A stretch of 58,303 nt of DNA, counting the filler, from Platydemus manokwari (Eukaryota): assembly GCA_037951405.1 (NCBI GenBank). It is 6 parts of 6 records of this genome, joined end to end, with 100 filler letters (N's around TTAATTAATTAA, not from the genome) between each part and the next. Parts side by side here need not be neighbours in the genome. Positions count along the whole stretch, not along the records: positions 1 to 9,897 come from JBBMOY011191655.1; positions 9,998 to 19,408 come from JBBMOY011253429.1; 4 more parts are not named here. One strand, 5' to 3'. Below, piece after piece: positions 1 through 12,963 of this stretch; positions within the stretch are counted from its first letter, which is position 1, and each line of letters opens with the position of its first letter. The position numbers were made by a program, and so were the translations under genes. The notes under the pieces were generated by a model. That model was given only the letters and a program-made list of their open reading frames with translations, had not been told where the DNA came from and did no database searches.

Positions 1-1600
1 CACCTGTGACCTTAATCAAGAACTCTTAGAGACTGATTAAGACAGTAGTGGTATCAAATAGGATTAAGCTTAGTAAAAAAATAAATCTATAAGGCCCGAA
101 AGTAACAGTTGTGCTGAGCACAATGTATGCCTTCAATCAATTACGAATCTTGTAAAATGGCAAGGGGAAATTATCATTTCCTTGGGTTAGATCTTAAGTT
201 AATTTGGTTAATTTGGTTGACCCTGGAAAAGATGGGTTGTACATCCAGCACAATCAATCTTCTGAAGAATTTGTATAGTGGCGTAAGCACTACATATCAT
301 TGTGGGAATATAATCACTCCTTATATTGATTTGGTTAAAGGTGTTAAACAAGGTTGCTCCATGTCAATGTCATTGTTCTGTTTATCGATTGATTTCCTTG
401 TTAAGTCTTGCAATAATTTGCCGAGACCTCTCACATTATCTAATTTAGAAATTTCCATATTGTCTTATACTGACGACTTGGTAGTTGTTTCTAGTGATGC
501 AGCAGGAATTGCTGAGAGGTTAGGTTGAGCTGTGTATCAAGCTGGTAAGGTCTATCTTAACTTTAATCCAAGTAAATGTGGATATTTCTGTAGTGATCCG
601 GTAAAAAGAATGGTTCTCAGAACACACGATAGTGATATTCCAGTAGTAGATGAAAAGAACCAAAATAAGTATCTTGGAGTTCCGTTTGCTTCCCCAAAGA
701 AAAAAGATATTAATAGCATTTTAAATAATGTCATCTCCAACTTCGAGGTGATTTATAACACGAACTTGCATCCGAGCTAAAAGTTAAATGCCTCGAATTA
801 GAGTGTTTCTATACTCTAGATGCTGTTTCACCTTCGAAGCAAAGAGGTCAGTATTCTATCTCTTTCCTCTCCATACAAGAGGCAAATGGGTGGCGAGCCC
901 AGAGAACTCAGGTTCGATGAAAATATCACACAGTTAGTTAAGAAAGTGATAGGAGTTATCTTTTTCTGTCAGCCAATAATGACTTTTTGTATACATGTAG
1001 AAAGTTGAGTGGTCTTGGTCTTATGCCAGCACAGATTGACTGTTACATTCAGAGTATAGTAGAATGTTTTCGGTTGTTGAACAGATGTGACTCTGTTTTT
1101 GCTTTTTTTATACAAAAGAGATTAATCGCAGCAGTGAACAAGCGTTTCAATCTTTCTGAAGTTGACGAATTCCATAGAGCTCTTGACTGACTAAATAACA
1201 TAATTGTTGATGAGTCTTGATTGTCGAAGGTTCGGTTGGAGGTCTAGGCTCTGTAGAGAGAGGAATAGATTGTAAGTTCGTCTTGCTTGAAGGAGATATA
1301 TCTTAGGAGATATAACTTAGAGAGAAACTACCGAAAGTATGAATTTCTGGCAGTTCAAATATCTCGGTAATCCAGAACTTCAGTGAGTGTGCATGTGTTA
1401 AACATAGCACGTTTAGTGTCATGGGATCCGCAGAATGATGAAGTCTTGAGACGAATAAGGCTAGATAATAAAAGTTCAAATGAACTGGCTTCACTTATTG
1501 TTTCTACTTATATCATAGAATCGTATAGGTTATATAGATCTCACGTAATGAAGGCCCCCAATAAACAGCCCCACCAATATGCCTAACACACAGTAACAGA
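1..1600 (+). pseudogene. Degenerate non-LTR retrotransposon reverse transcriptase (RLE type; R2/NeSL/Utopia-like)
   Basis: Broken ORFs carry RT motifs KGVKQGCSMS, YTDD (YADD box), LNFNPSKC and KYLGVPF, then a thumb region YTCRKLSGLGL...FRLLNRCD. Multiple stops and frameshifts, no introns. Confidence 0.85.
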
Positions 1601-3916
1601 ATAAATGACGACTTGTACATACGTAAAGGGATACCAGTATATGTATTTCTATCATTAGTATTATTGTCTGTTGTTTATAAGGTGCATATGAGAGACAGTA
1701 TCGTCTTTTCCACCTTTCTATTTATTTTTATGCTGTGGTAGAGCGCATCTATCTTGTCATGGAGAAAACCTTGTTTAAATCGATTTAGAATAAATATTAC
1801 CTTGCATTTTCATTTTAAATAAGAAAAAAATATAGCCACGCAGATGAATTTTATTATTGTTACATTACTATATTCTGTTTTTTAGATTTAAGCCTGGTAA
1901 TTGATGAAAAACGGGGTGATCGAGGAACGAGAATATTAGATTAAAGAAAAGCGCACAGTGAACATTTTCATCCTGTGAAAACCGACTACGACCTACAAAA
2001 GTTGGACTAAAATAACCAGAACTTCGAGCTTTGATTTTCAAAAGAGAAATTTTCATGTTTCGAAATAAATCTTTACATCTTCTAACTATATAAAGACACA
2101 GCATTTCATAGCATCCACCCACTAAGAAAATCTTAAGCTGGAAGAAATAATTCGATTACAGAAGATTACTGAAAGATTCTATTACAGAAAGAAGAGAGTG
2201 AACAAAATTTCATTTATTTTATTTTAATAACAGCACGTTCCTTTCTAATCACTAACTAATCATTATTTATATTAATTAATTTAATTTGTAGTCCCTTCCA
2301 TTTGTTCTTTTCTGATATCCCTCGTTTACATATTTTTCAGCAAACTACTTGAGTAGAAAGTTGCGCATTTTGCCAATTTTTTGTGTTATTTTTCATCTTG
2401 TTAAATTTTCATTCTTTTTAAATAAACCTTATTACCCAATAATTTACTTATTAATTCAATAATAACATTCCTATGTATCTTAATTAATAACAATTTATCA
2501 TTATGTACGTTATCATTATTTATATTGCTGCATCGGAACAAAAGAATCCTTGTTGCAATAATTCAGCAGATTTTCCGGTAAATTCGTCCTCATACGAGTT
2601 ACTGAAGACTCCTAGGACCAGTGTAAGCAATTAAAATAGACAACCACCCCCAAAAATTAATAATTTCTAAATATAAAACGCACTTTTTCATCATCAGTTT
2701 GTACCGTCTGAGTTGGATAAAGTAGAGACGCGGAAAGAGATTAAAGTTACTAATTATGCAATCCAATTCATAAATAGTCAACTAATAATATCAATAAACA
2801 ATGTCTTTGTGAAAATAAATAAGATATTCTTAATCAATAACATAAAATGCATTTTATATAATTAACAATCAGGAAAATAAATAGAAAAAATAAAGTTATT
2901 TGAAAAATTATTGTCTAAATTGACGAGGAACAATCATCATTAAAGTAAACCCTAAAATCCTCTTTAAAATAATCTAAAAATAAACAATGATTTACATTGA
3001 ACATTTAGGCAGGGAATTTTGACTGAATAACCTACATTAAAAACAAATGAAGTGAGAAAAAATTTGACAAAGAAGAATTCGAAATGTTATAATTAAGCAT
3101 AGCCAGAATATCATATATATATATATATATATTAGACTCAATATTTCATTAATTAAAATTTTAAAAGTACCTAAGAATCTCGTCAATTTTGCTATATCCT
3201 AGTTTTATCCACAAAGTTTTTTGAGTTACATTTAAATTGTTGTAACTGTTTCTGACTCGAATAAAAGCACTAAGTCTTATTTTTTGTAATGCCATAAATA
3301 AAGTATAACATAAAAAGAATCTAAAATTATAAATTTTATTATTCCTTATCATTCCATTACATTTGTAATAACCCCAGTTAGACAAAGAAGAAAAGAATTC
3401 ACAATGTTGAGTTTCAATATACATAAATCTAAAATTAACAGTCAACAAATTTCAAGTTAGACCAAATTTGTTAATTGATAATAATTTCAATGGTTGAAAA
3501 TATGTAAGCATACTAGAAATAAAAAGAAACAGTTATCAGTGAACAATTCAATAAAAGTGATAGGGAATTTTCCACTGGAGCAAATTAAGTGGGAATTATT
3601 TGAAAAAATTAAATAATTTATTGATGCTCTTCTATTTTTCTAATCACGTTAATAATTCAAAATTTATAATTATATTGATAAATTTATTTATTTTATTTCA
3701 ATAAATTTAATTATTATTTTTATGTATATATGTGTGGCAAAAATATATTGTAATCTTATTTATATAACCATTTTATTTAGAGTAATTACAGTAATTTTTT
3801 ACAATAAATACATGCAAGAAAAAATATAATAAATATATTCAAAGAAAAAAATACGAATTTGTTTCAATTTATAGCCCTTTTTTAAAAATTTGAGTGTTTT
3901 AAATTTTTAATTTGAT

Positions 3917-6900
3917 ATGCCTCGAAAGAAAGCTCGCATTGAAAGTAAATTTATATAAAAATATACTAAATAAAAAATTAAACGTAGATGAGAGTGTAAC
4001 AGAAACCAATGTATTTAGTGCTGAAAACCAAGAAAACAATGGTTCAGAAATACCTACTATTCTAACTTTATTTCGTGAAAGTGAAAACTGCCATGCACAT
4101 ACCAGACTTATTACTCTAATGAAAATTAATTTTTATGATAAGGCAAGTTAAAATGTCTTGAATTATTATTTTATCATTTCAATAGTTAAACATTGATGAA
4201 TTTTCTGAAGATTTTTTCCATTGTTGTCGATATATTATATCAATCGAAGATAGAAATAGATCCGAAGGACCGTTAAAATTAGTGGTGAAATTTGTCATAT
4301 TTTGTATGACTAAGGCTACGGATAATATTTCAAAAGAAAATAGTTTGAAGTTAATGAAACGATTGATAAAATTTCTTACATGGCACCACGATGTTCTTGA
4401 AGCACATGTCAGATTTAATGTCGTTAAAGCTATCAAATTTTTACTCAATAAACTTACCGATGACATAGAAATTCCCGATGCTTTTTATGAGAAAATTCAA
4501 GATGCGTTATTGAAGCGATTTTGGGATATTAAAAGTTTTATTCGAGCCGAAACTGCACATGCATCATCCAGACTTCAATCTCCTAGTGATGCCGATTGTG
4601 CCATTGTTATTTCTTTGATTCATCTGTGCAAATATGACAGTTCACACACTGTTAGAATGGCCGCTATGCAAGCATTGGCTATCACAACAAAAACTCTTCC
4701 AGTTATCATAACTCGTTGTAGAGATATAAATGATCTTGTTCGAAAAAAGTCTTTCGATTTACTCATCAAATGGAAGATCTTGAAGCCTCTAACGGTTTCA
4801 AAGCGTCTTCAAATCATGGAAACTGGTTTGACTGACAAATCGGAGATCGTTAAAAACGCATGTACTGAATTATTAAAGGTCTGGCTGCATTCATCCGATA
4901 ATGATCCGATTTCTCTTCTCAAACGTCTTGATGTAGAAAATATGGAAGAAGTGACTGAATTAATATTAACAACTTTATTCCGGTGTCTGAACGATAGTGA
5001 AATATTGGCTATGGTTGAGTTGTTGTGTAGCAAAATGAATGAAAGGTTTTGGTTATAATTGGGGTGTAGATCTGTTGATTGGTTTCTTCCAGACGTTTAG
5101 TGATGGAAGATCATCTTTGCACGGAAATGGCATTCTTTTGGAAGCATTTGGTTCAATTTCTCAGTGAAAAACGATCCGATTTGGCGGAAAGAATCATTCC
5201 GTCAGTAGTAGATTATGAGTTATATATTCGCAGGTTAATTATTATTTAATTTGTTATTATTTTTATAATTTATCTCAGTAATAATTTTCTATTAATTATT
5301 TTGATCATTATCATTTTAATTATAATTTTATTATTAATAATAATATGAATGTAATAATCATGAAAATCAAAATAATAATAATTTTTATAATAATGATGCT
5401 TTCGGATTCCATTAATATGTTGCTTCATCCACTCCAGGAAAGATATTGATTTTAAAATTGCTTATAAGAATACTAACGGAAATTAATTTAAAAACCAATG
5501 AAAACTAATTAACAACTAACTAAAAGCAACAAAACTTCTTAAATTCACCAATAATTTGTTGAGTTTGGTTGTCATCAATCATGTTAATCATAAAACACTG
5601 TCAATCTATTTATAGTGGTTTTATATAAATCATAATGCACAAATTTGTTAATGTGTTGCATTTTTCCTGTCACCTCGACCAATCAAATTTAACCACTTTT
5701 GGTTAAGTGATCTATAATTTTTCATCAAACGAATTTTCAAATTTTTAATGGATGTTAAACGTGTTCGTTTGTAATTGGTATTGATATAGTTTTACTCTGC
5801 TCCATAATCAATTTATACTCGATATATATATATTAATATGGAATAGTAATAATTGAAACATGTATTTAGTGTCAAGATTTGAGTTTTATATAAACATCAT
5901 ATTCATTTTGTGATTGTATATGTAAATGTTATATTATATAGTTTGTTCGTTAAACCGATGGAGCAATTGATAAACAAGGAAATAAACTTAGAGGAAAGTG
6001 TGGAATCATATACAATCATAAAGCATTTGTTGCCGATTGTCAGGTTTATGGAAATTGCTGATGAATTTAATCGACAAAAAATGATCGAAATGATTAAATG
6101 GACATTATCATCACCTTATGTACCATTCAATTATGTAGAACATTTAATGAAACTGCTCGTTCGTTTGGAGAATAATGATGTGATAATTATTCATACAGTT
6201 TTCATTGATCATTTACACATGATTGTTATTATAGAATAAGATTTGTAATCTCACAGTTGAATTGATTAATGATTTGCTTTATGTTGACAATGATATTGGA
6301 CAAGATATAACTGATCAACAATCAATCAACAATACCGCTCAATCATCACATCGTGAACCCACAGTAGTTACTGGACATGATCATGAACCCATTGATGATC
6401 ATCCAGCAGCTATTAGCCGGGAAAATAATAAACGAGTTCGATGTGAAGTAATAGCTGGCAATGATATAAATATATTTTTGTGGCCATATATTTCTAGATT
6501 GTTGATATTGAAATCATGATCAATGAACTCAATGAATCCATTACTAAATGTATGCAGGAGAAGAAATTTGATCGGATCGAAAATTTAGTGAGTGATTTGA
6601 AAGTGATGACAGCAAAGAAAAATGATTTACAAGCTCTGCTCAATACTCCATTAAGTACCAAGTAAAAATAATAACGCGCTAATTTGTTGGTGAGATGATC
6701 ATCATAATATTTATTATCAGGACAGTTACAGAGGAACCTGAAATGGATATAAATAATGATCTGATTGATATCACACCTGAAGTGAAAGCAGAAGCTATGG
6801 ACAGTCATCCATGGATGGCTAGTGGTATGGAACACAAAATTGTGAAGGCAAATATGATGATTATATCAATGATACAAGAATGTAACATGCTCTGGTCATT

Positions 6901-9850
6901 ACAGCCATCATTGAGAGCTTTATTTGAGGATGTGGTAATGATTTTGTATTCCAGTTCTTGTTGGACCATTATCATCTAATGATTGTCATTTATAGATACT
7001 TGTCAGTGTTCAACATGCTGATCTTTGTGTTCGTCAGAAAGCTATCATGTCGATGGGATTGTGTTGTCTGTTGGATAAAGATCTCGCCATACAATATTTC
7101 AAGATATTTACACAGGTATTATTTGTGGTTTTATTTTATTATATTGGAACATTTATTATTGATTCACTTGTCATATAATTATAGAGCTTGCTTATCGATC
7201 ATGAATCAGTGAAGGAAATCTCTGTCAAATCATTGATCGATATATTTATTCGATTTGGCATTGAACCATTTCAGGAAGCAATGATTACCAATAAAGATAC
7301 AACTGCATTGCATAACACCATTACATCATCAAGTAGGCAATTAATGATTCGATATCGATTTTATTTTTGTATTTTTCCCCCAGAAATCGAAGAAAGCCAT
7401 CCATTAATTAAGTCTGAAACGAGTTTTATCACTGATGCAACCGGTATGACCGAAGAGGAATACAATAAATGTACCACCGAACTCATGACTCCCATTATCG
7501 ATCTGCTCAATAGCGAGGTGAAATCATTATATATGCCATTCTATGAATCGATATCAATTTCATATCCATTATAGAATACTGAAATACGAAGCACTGTTGC
7601 TGTTGGTTTATCGAAACTCATTTACAATCACAGATTAATGTCATCGAAACTTCTTTCTCGACTTTTATTGCTCTGGTTTAATCCCGAAACGGAAGACAAT
7701 TTGAAATTACGACAATATCTGGGATCTTTCTTTTCGAATTTCTCTTTAATGTCAGCTGATAATCAAGATTCTATCACCAATTGTTTTCTCATTACGATGC
7801 GCACCTTGTTTAAAGCTCCTGCCAATAGCCCGTTATCAGAAATCGATATTAATAATGTGATTAATTTTTTTGAACGAGTCACCAATTCAAAATATTTAAT
7901 CGATAATCGAGCGATTACTGAAGCCGACCAATCAAAACTGGTGAGCTATTTCGTTATCATCAATGTTTATTATTATTAAATTATTATAATATTATTATTA
8001 TTAATAATAAATTATTATTGTTATTACCATTATTTGTCAGTCGAAGTGGAGTTTGTAATTGATTTAAATTGATTATTTCTGATATTTTACATTATCAACT
8101 TGTCTAACTCAAAATTTTCTATAATCATTTTGTATATAATTTTCATTATATCGATTAATTATTAAATATTTTTAAACAAATTTGTGTTATAAACCGATAT
8201 TTCGAATGAAATATATACAATTTTATTACCGATAAATGTCTTGATATTTATTCGATTCGCTAATTATTAAGTGCTACGCTCATATAAACATTGGAAATCA
8301 ATTGACCAATAGAATGAATTAATCAGTAAAATCATTGGTCAAATAAAATAGAAAACTTAAGAAACTTCTGATTGGGTCGGGCCCATATCGAATTGTGGGT
8401 CAATTAATTCTTCAGTCAATATTTAAATAAATTGATACGGATAAACAAAGATTATGAATAAACAGAAATTATTAATGATACTGTTATATATAAGGAAATA
8501 TTCCTGTTGTTGTGTTGATTTGAATGCTTTTAAAATTGATAAGCATTTGGTTGAAAACTTTTATAATATAATAAAATATTGTGTCAATTCACAACACCAG
8601 CCAGCATTTGTGTCAAGTGAATCAAAGATTAATTTTGGTTTTCTCTATCTCACTATTTCTATAAATGTTTTTATATACGTTTGTATATTATTATTTATTA
8701 TCATATACAGTTAAGCTGTCATTCCACAACGTTATGTGATCTAGTAAGGTTTTAAACTTTGTTACGTATTTGATTTTTTGCTGAATTATGTTCTTTGCTT
8801 TCAATTATTAATCTGTTTTCTTGTGCTTTATTCAATGTTGAAATTCAAAAATAAAATTTAAAAATAATAGGCCAATCCTTGCCATGATAGCTTAGCAATC
8901 ATTATATCTAATCAAATCCTCAATGCCCCGATGTCGTTGGAAGTTAAATATTACGTTCCAATGTTGTTGCGATTAAGGCTATCTTCCAACAATATTGATT
9001 TAATTAAAACATTGGAACCCATGGTTGCGATAATGATTAAGAAAATCAAGGATAAAAAATGCATTTTGGGTTTGGAAAAATTATACAAATCATTTGGAAA
9101 ACGGTTACAAGAGTTTGAAACAAATAATGTACCAAATGAAGTTGTAATGAATGGTGATGTGAACAATATGTTCATGGATGACACTTTAGAAACATCTATT
9201 TCACGGCCATCATTACTTGAATTGGGATCCGATGGTAAAAAGAAAAATGAGACTTATCTCGGTGGTCGTGGCAACAGAGGTATTCGCATTACAGATACTA
9301 TTTCCCAAATGTCTAGCATGAACTTGAATAATTCTGAAATGATGGATACGACAGTATGCTTTGACATAGATATTTATTGATTTATCTTCAACTTTAGTTG
9401 ACAGAAAAAACATCACAAGAACCACCAAATAAACCATCAACGGTAATTTGATTCAGATACTGGCATGATAATGATGATATTTTTAGCCCGAAATGTCTGC
9501 TGACGATGGAATTTTCAAGTATTTTTCTCTATTTTATGAAACATTTTTTCATCATTTCTCTTTGCAGGAAACCAGCAAATGTACGACTGACCAAATCTAA
9601 ACCAAAGGCGCGTAGCAACGCTGATTCCACCATTAACTCTTCTATCAGTTCTACCAGTTCCACCAGTACTCGAGTGACCAGAAGTTCATCGCAATTGAAA
9701 TCAATTGATTCATCATCTATCAACTCACCTAGTCGAGTAACGAGAAGATCCTCGCAATTAGGATTAACTGATTCGACGATAAGTTCTATCAATAGTGATG
9801 TCACCACAAGTACTCGTCTGCCCAGGAGAGCGTCTCAAAGGAATAAATAA
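3917..9850 (+). CDS. NCAPG: Condensin complex subunit 3 (CAP-G), multi-exon
   Basis: Frame-consistent exons: 3917-3944, 3988-4142, 4186-5045, 5093-5233, 5942-6179 (or 6197), 6235-6447, 6498-6661, 6721-6934, 6996-7115, 7185-7332, 7384-7517, 7575-7940, optional 8711-8743, 8871-9353, 9398-9442, 9487-9518, 9568-9850. N-terminal HEAT repeats (RFWDIKSFIRAETAHASSRLQ, DSSHTVRMAA, RCRDINDLVRK), Cnd3-domain motifs (VRQKAIMSMGLCCLLDKDLA, LLSRLLLLWFNPETEDNLKLRQYLGSFF) and a basic Ser-rich tail. Confidence 0.93.
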
Positions 9851-9897
9851 TGTTATTGTTATATGTTAATATATATGTAAATTTATGTTTTACATTA

Positions 9898-9997
9898 NNN
9901 NNNNNNNNNNNNNNNNNNNNNNNNNNNNNNNNNNNNNNNNNTTAATTAATTAANNNNNNNNNNNNNNNNNNNNNNNNNNNNNNNNNNNNNNNNNNNN
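9898..9997. other. Artificial contig linker N44-TTAATTAATTAA-N44
   Basis: 100-nt spacer with stop codons in all six frames, identical at five places in the window. Confidence 0.97.
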
Positions 9998-11388
9998 ATA
10001 AGATGTGGTAAAACAATAAATCATTCTTAACTTCCTTTTCTAAACTACTCTGTTTGGATATTTTTTATATTTTTTTCTACTATATATTGATATTGAAATT
10101 CTTCACTATTAATTTATATTATAGATTTAAATAATGTAAATAAATGTCACATGAGCGTATTAATAAAACACGTACTTATTATTTTAATATTAAATAACTT
10201 TATTTTTTTGTTTTTTTAAAGTTTTTTTTTAATTTTTTTTATTTTTACTTCCTATTTTATTATCGCCAGTTAATTAGGAATAATATGGGTGAATAGATAC
10301 TTGAAATTTAAAAGAAATTAATCTACTATCTCCAATAATCCTTTATAGAATTTGACTATGGCTTGTCTTAGAAATTTCAAGATAATCTCTCAGTACAAAT
10401 ACTTGGCATAAAATTATTCAGGTTCAAATTGAAATATTCTTGATTCTGATATGGTCATGATAGATTTAGTGTTCATTAATAATTGGACTTGGTACCGCAC
10501 TAACTGTTGATATATACAATTTGCAATACTGTAGATTATAAGCTGTATTGCTTCTCATTTTATTTTATTTTATTTATTATTTTTCTCAAAATACAAAAGG
10601 TTTTTTATTTATTAGGGAGGGTTTATTGTTTCTCTTTTTGTTAGTTCTCTTGAAATAGAAATAAAATTGTTATTATGAGAATTTCTTAACTATGAATAAA
10701 TAAATTTTATAATGGTAATAAATTCGAGTTATATTATATTATTTATTCTTAAATGCCACTGTAATTTATCTGGTTTTGTTCGAATAGTCTAATCGATGTG
10801 TTATTCATAGTAATATTATTATTTTTATTTATTTCAATTTGATAAAATTATTTTAACTTCCAGCATGTATATTATTCCATTTTAACAACCCTTACATAAA
10901 ATTTAATCATCACGGTATACCTTTATACCCTTAAAATTGATGACCATATAATTATCTCCTTCATAAGAGTCTTTGATTTTCATCATAACCCCAACAAATG
11001 TATTGGTTTTTTTCTCCTAAATGTTTATTCATTTCTTTAGTAATGGATTTATAAAATATCCAGGGTAACATGGTTTGTTATTATAATCAATTCATAGAAT
11101 TGATTTTACAATAATTGATTCTTTAGTTTTTGTAAGTAAATTAGGATCTTATGATTAGTTTCATTTTATATTAGTAGATGATTGAAAATGTATTCTAGCA
11201 TAGCGGTTTTGATTTTAAATTTTGGGTTTTATCCAAGCAAGCATAAGAGTTGATTTAGAATATCTCGAGCAATATTGAAGTTTCTATGATTATTAGAATC
11301 CGCAAATGTTTAAAAATTAATATTTAAACTACGATTATTAGCACAAATCAATATTTTTTTAAAATAAAATCAGATTATAAAATCGTTT

Positions 11389-11992
11389 GGTTAAAGTTAA
11401 AAAAGGGTCGTAAAATGAAATTTTAAATTTGTTGAGTGTATTGCAAAATTCTACATAGTTTAATAAATTATATTCTTTAAAATCATTTTGAATTTTTATT
11501 TAAGTACGTAAGAAGAATTTTAGTTTTTTTTAATTAAATATTAAATAGACTAGAGCTTCAAAATCACCTAAAATTTAATTATTTGAAAAAATGAAATAAG
11601 TACATCGAATTGCAATTTATTGAAAATTAGCGAGGACCCTTTTTTAACATGAGAAGCAAATTGAGAGATATTCTCAATTTTTAACAATTATTTTATAAAA
11701 ATAAGCAATGATATTATTAGGCATGTCTGTAATAAACTAACTCGATTTATAATTATAAAAATTTAAATTTAAAAGCTCAAATAATTATATAGAAGTGTTG
11801 TGATTCGAATGAGAACTTGGTTGTAAAACTGTTTTGCCACTATTAGACATTCGAAAAGTGAGATATAAACTGAATTATATGAATGAATCAAACATAGCAG
11901 TTATACATAAAATTAAATTATAAAATTATCTCATGCACAAAAATTCGTTATAACAAAAGTGGGTCAAAGGACCCTTTTTTTTAACTTAAACC
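11389..11992 (+). mobile_element. MITE family A, copy 1 (604 bp)
   Basis: Imperfect TIRs GGTTAAAGTTAAAAAAGGGTC ... GACCCTTTTTTTTAACTTAAACC. The body aligns as reverse complement to 12964-13567. Confidence 0.8.
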
Positions 11993-12963
11993 ATTTTCTT
12001 TGAATAAAATTCTTGAATAAGTTTTTTTAAATACAGTGACAAACCGTATGTTATAAGTGCCATCAGCAGCATTATTATCATTATTTTATTTACTATTAAA
12101 TTATATTTCATTTGGGAGAAATCATCTTTATTAGTATTTTGATATTCTCCAGTATTTATCTCAATATTTATCTAATAAATTGGTAAACACACTGGAAAGC
12201 TCATTTATTTCTTTGTTTATTTATGTCTTCTTATTTACACTGATATTCACAGAATATTATAATGATATTTTTAATCCTTGTACTTTTGCGATTTTCAAAA
12301 TATCTCTCTGCTTGTATTTAATTTAAAAAGCTTTCGAAATGATTCTCATTGTACGCAATATTGAAGCATCTATTCAAGCCTGTTTTCAATTTATTTTATA
12401 TGTGATATATAAAACAGTATATAGCACTTTGGACCGGAATTACAGTACTGAATAAACGTATTCAGTTATGAAAATAATAAACAAATCGGATAACGGACGG
12501 CATAATAATAAAACAGATAACACATAGTGCAATTATTGAAACATAATTTTATATATTTATAAAATAGTGTTGCTTAAAATAAAATTAAAAGATAAATAGC
12601 TGTTACAACTAAACAATAATTTTAAATATTAAAATAACACTGATCTTGTTTATTTCACCAGCAGCCAGTATACAACTTAAAAACAGAACAAAATGTTTAT
12701 GACAAAGACAGCATGACAAAGAAATGGATATTCGAAGCGAATGCTACAAGGAAGCAAGATTATATAAGCATAAGATGTACTGCAAAGCTAATTTTATAGT
12801 TCTTGTCATTTAAAAACACTTTTTCTCATTTATTTTATTAAATCAAACAAAACCATTAAACATTAGTTAATATTCATAATTATTATTCTCCATCCGTTTG
12901 TAAACACGACATGACAAACCTGGTTTTAATTATATAATAAATTAAATTGTAAAAAATTCAGTT

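Noticed and set aside
1868-2781. Minus-strand ORFs and exon-like segments upstream of NCAPG
   Set aside because: No recognisable motif, and stops in every frame I tried to splice.
4179-9807. Antisense ORFs overlapping NCAPG (4179-4466, 4809-5033, 6494-6835, 8951-9184, 9529-9807)
   Set aside because: Shadow ORFs of real coding exons.
9942-9953. TTAATTAATTAA palindrome repeated five times as a possible biological motif or CRISPR-like repeat
   Set aside because: Always centred in exactly 44+44 Ns; this is an assembly linker.
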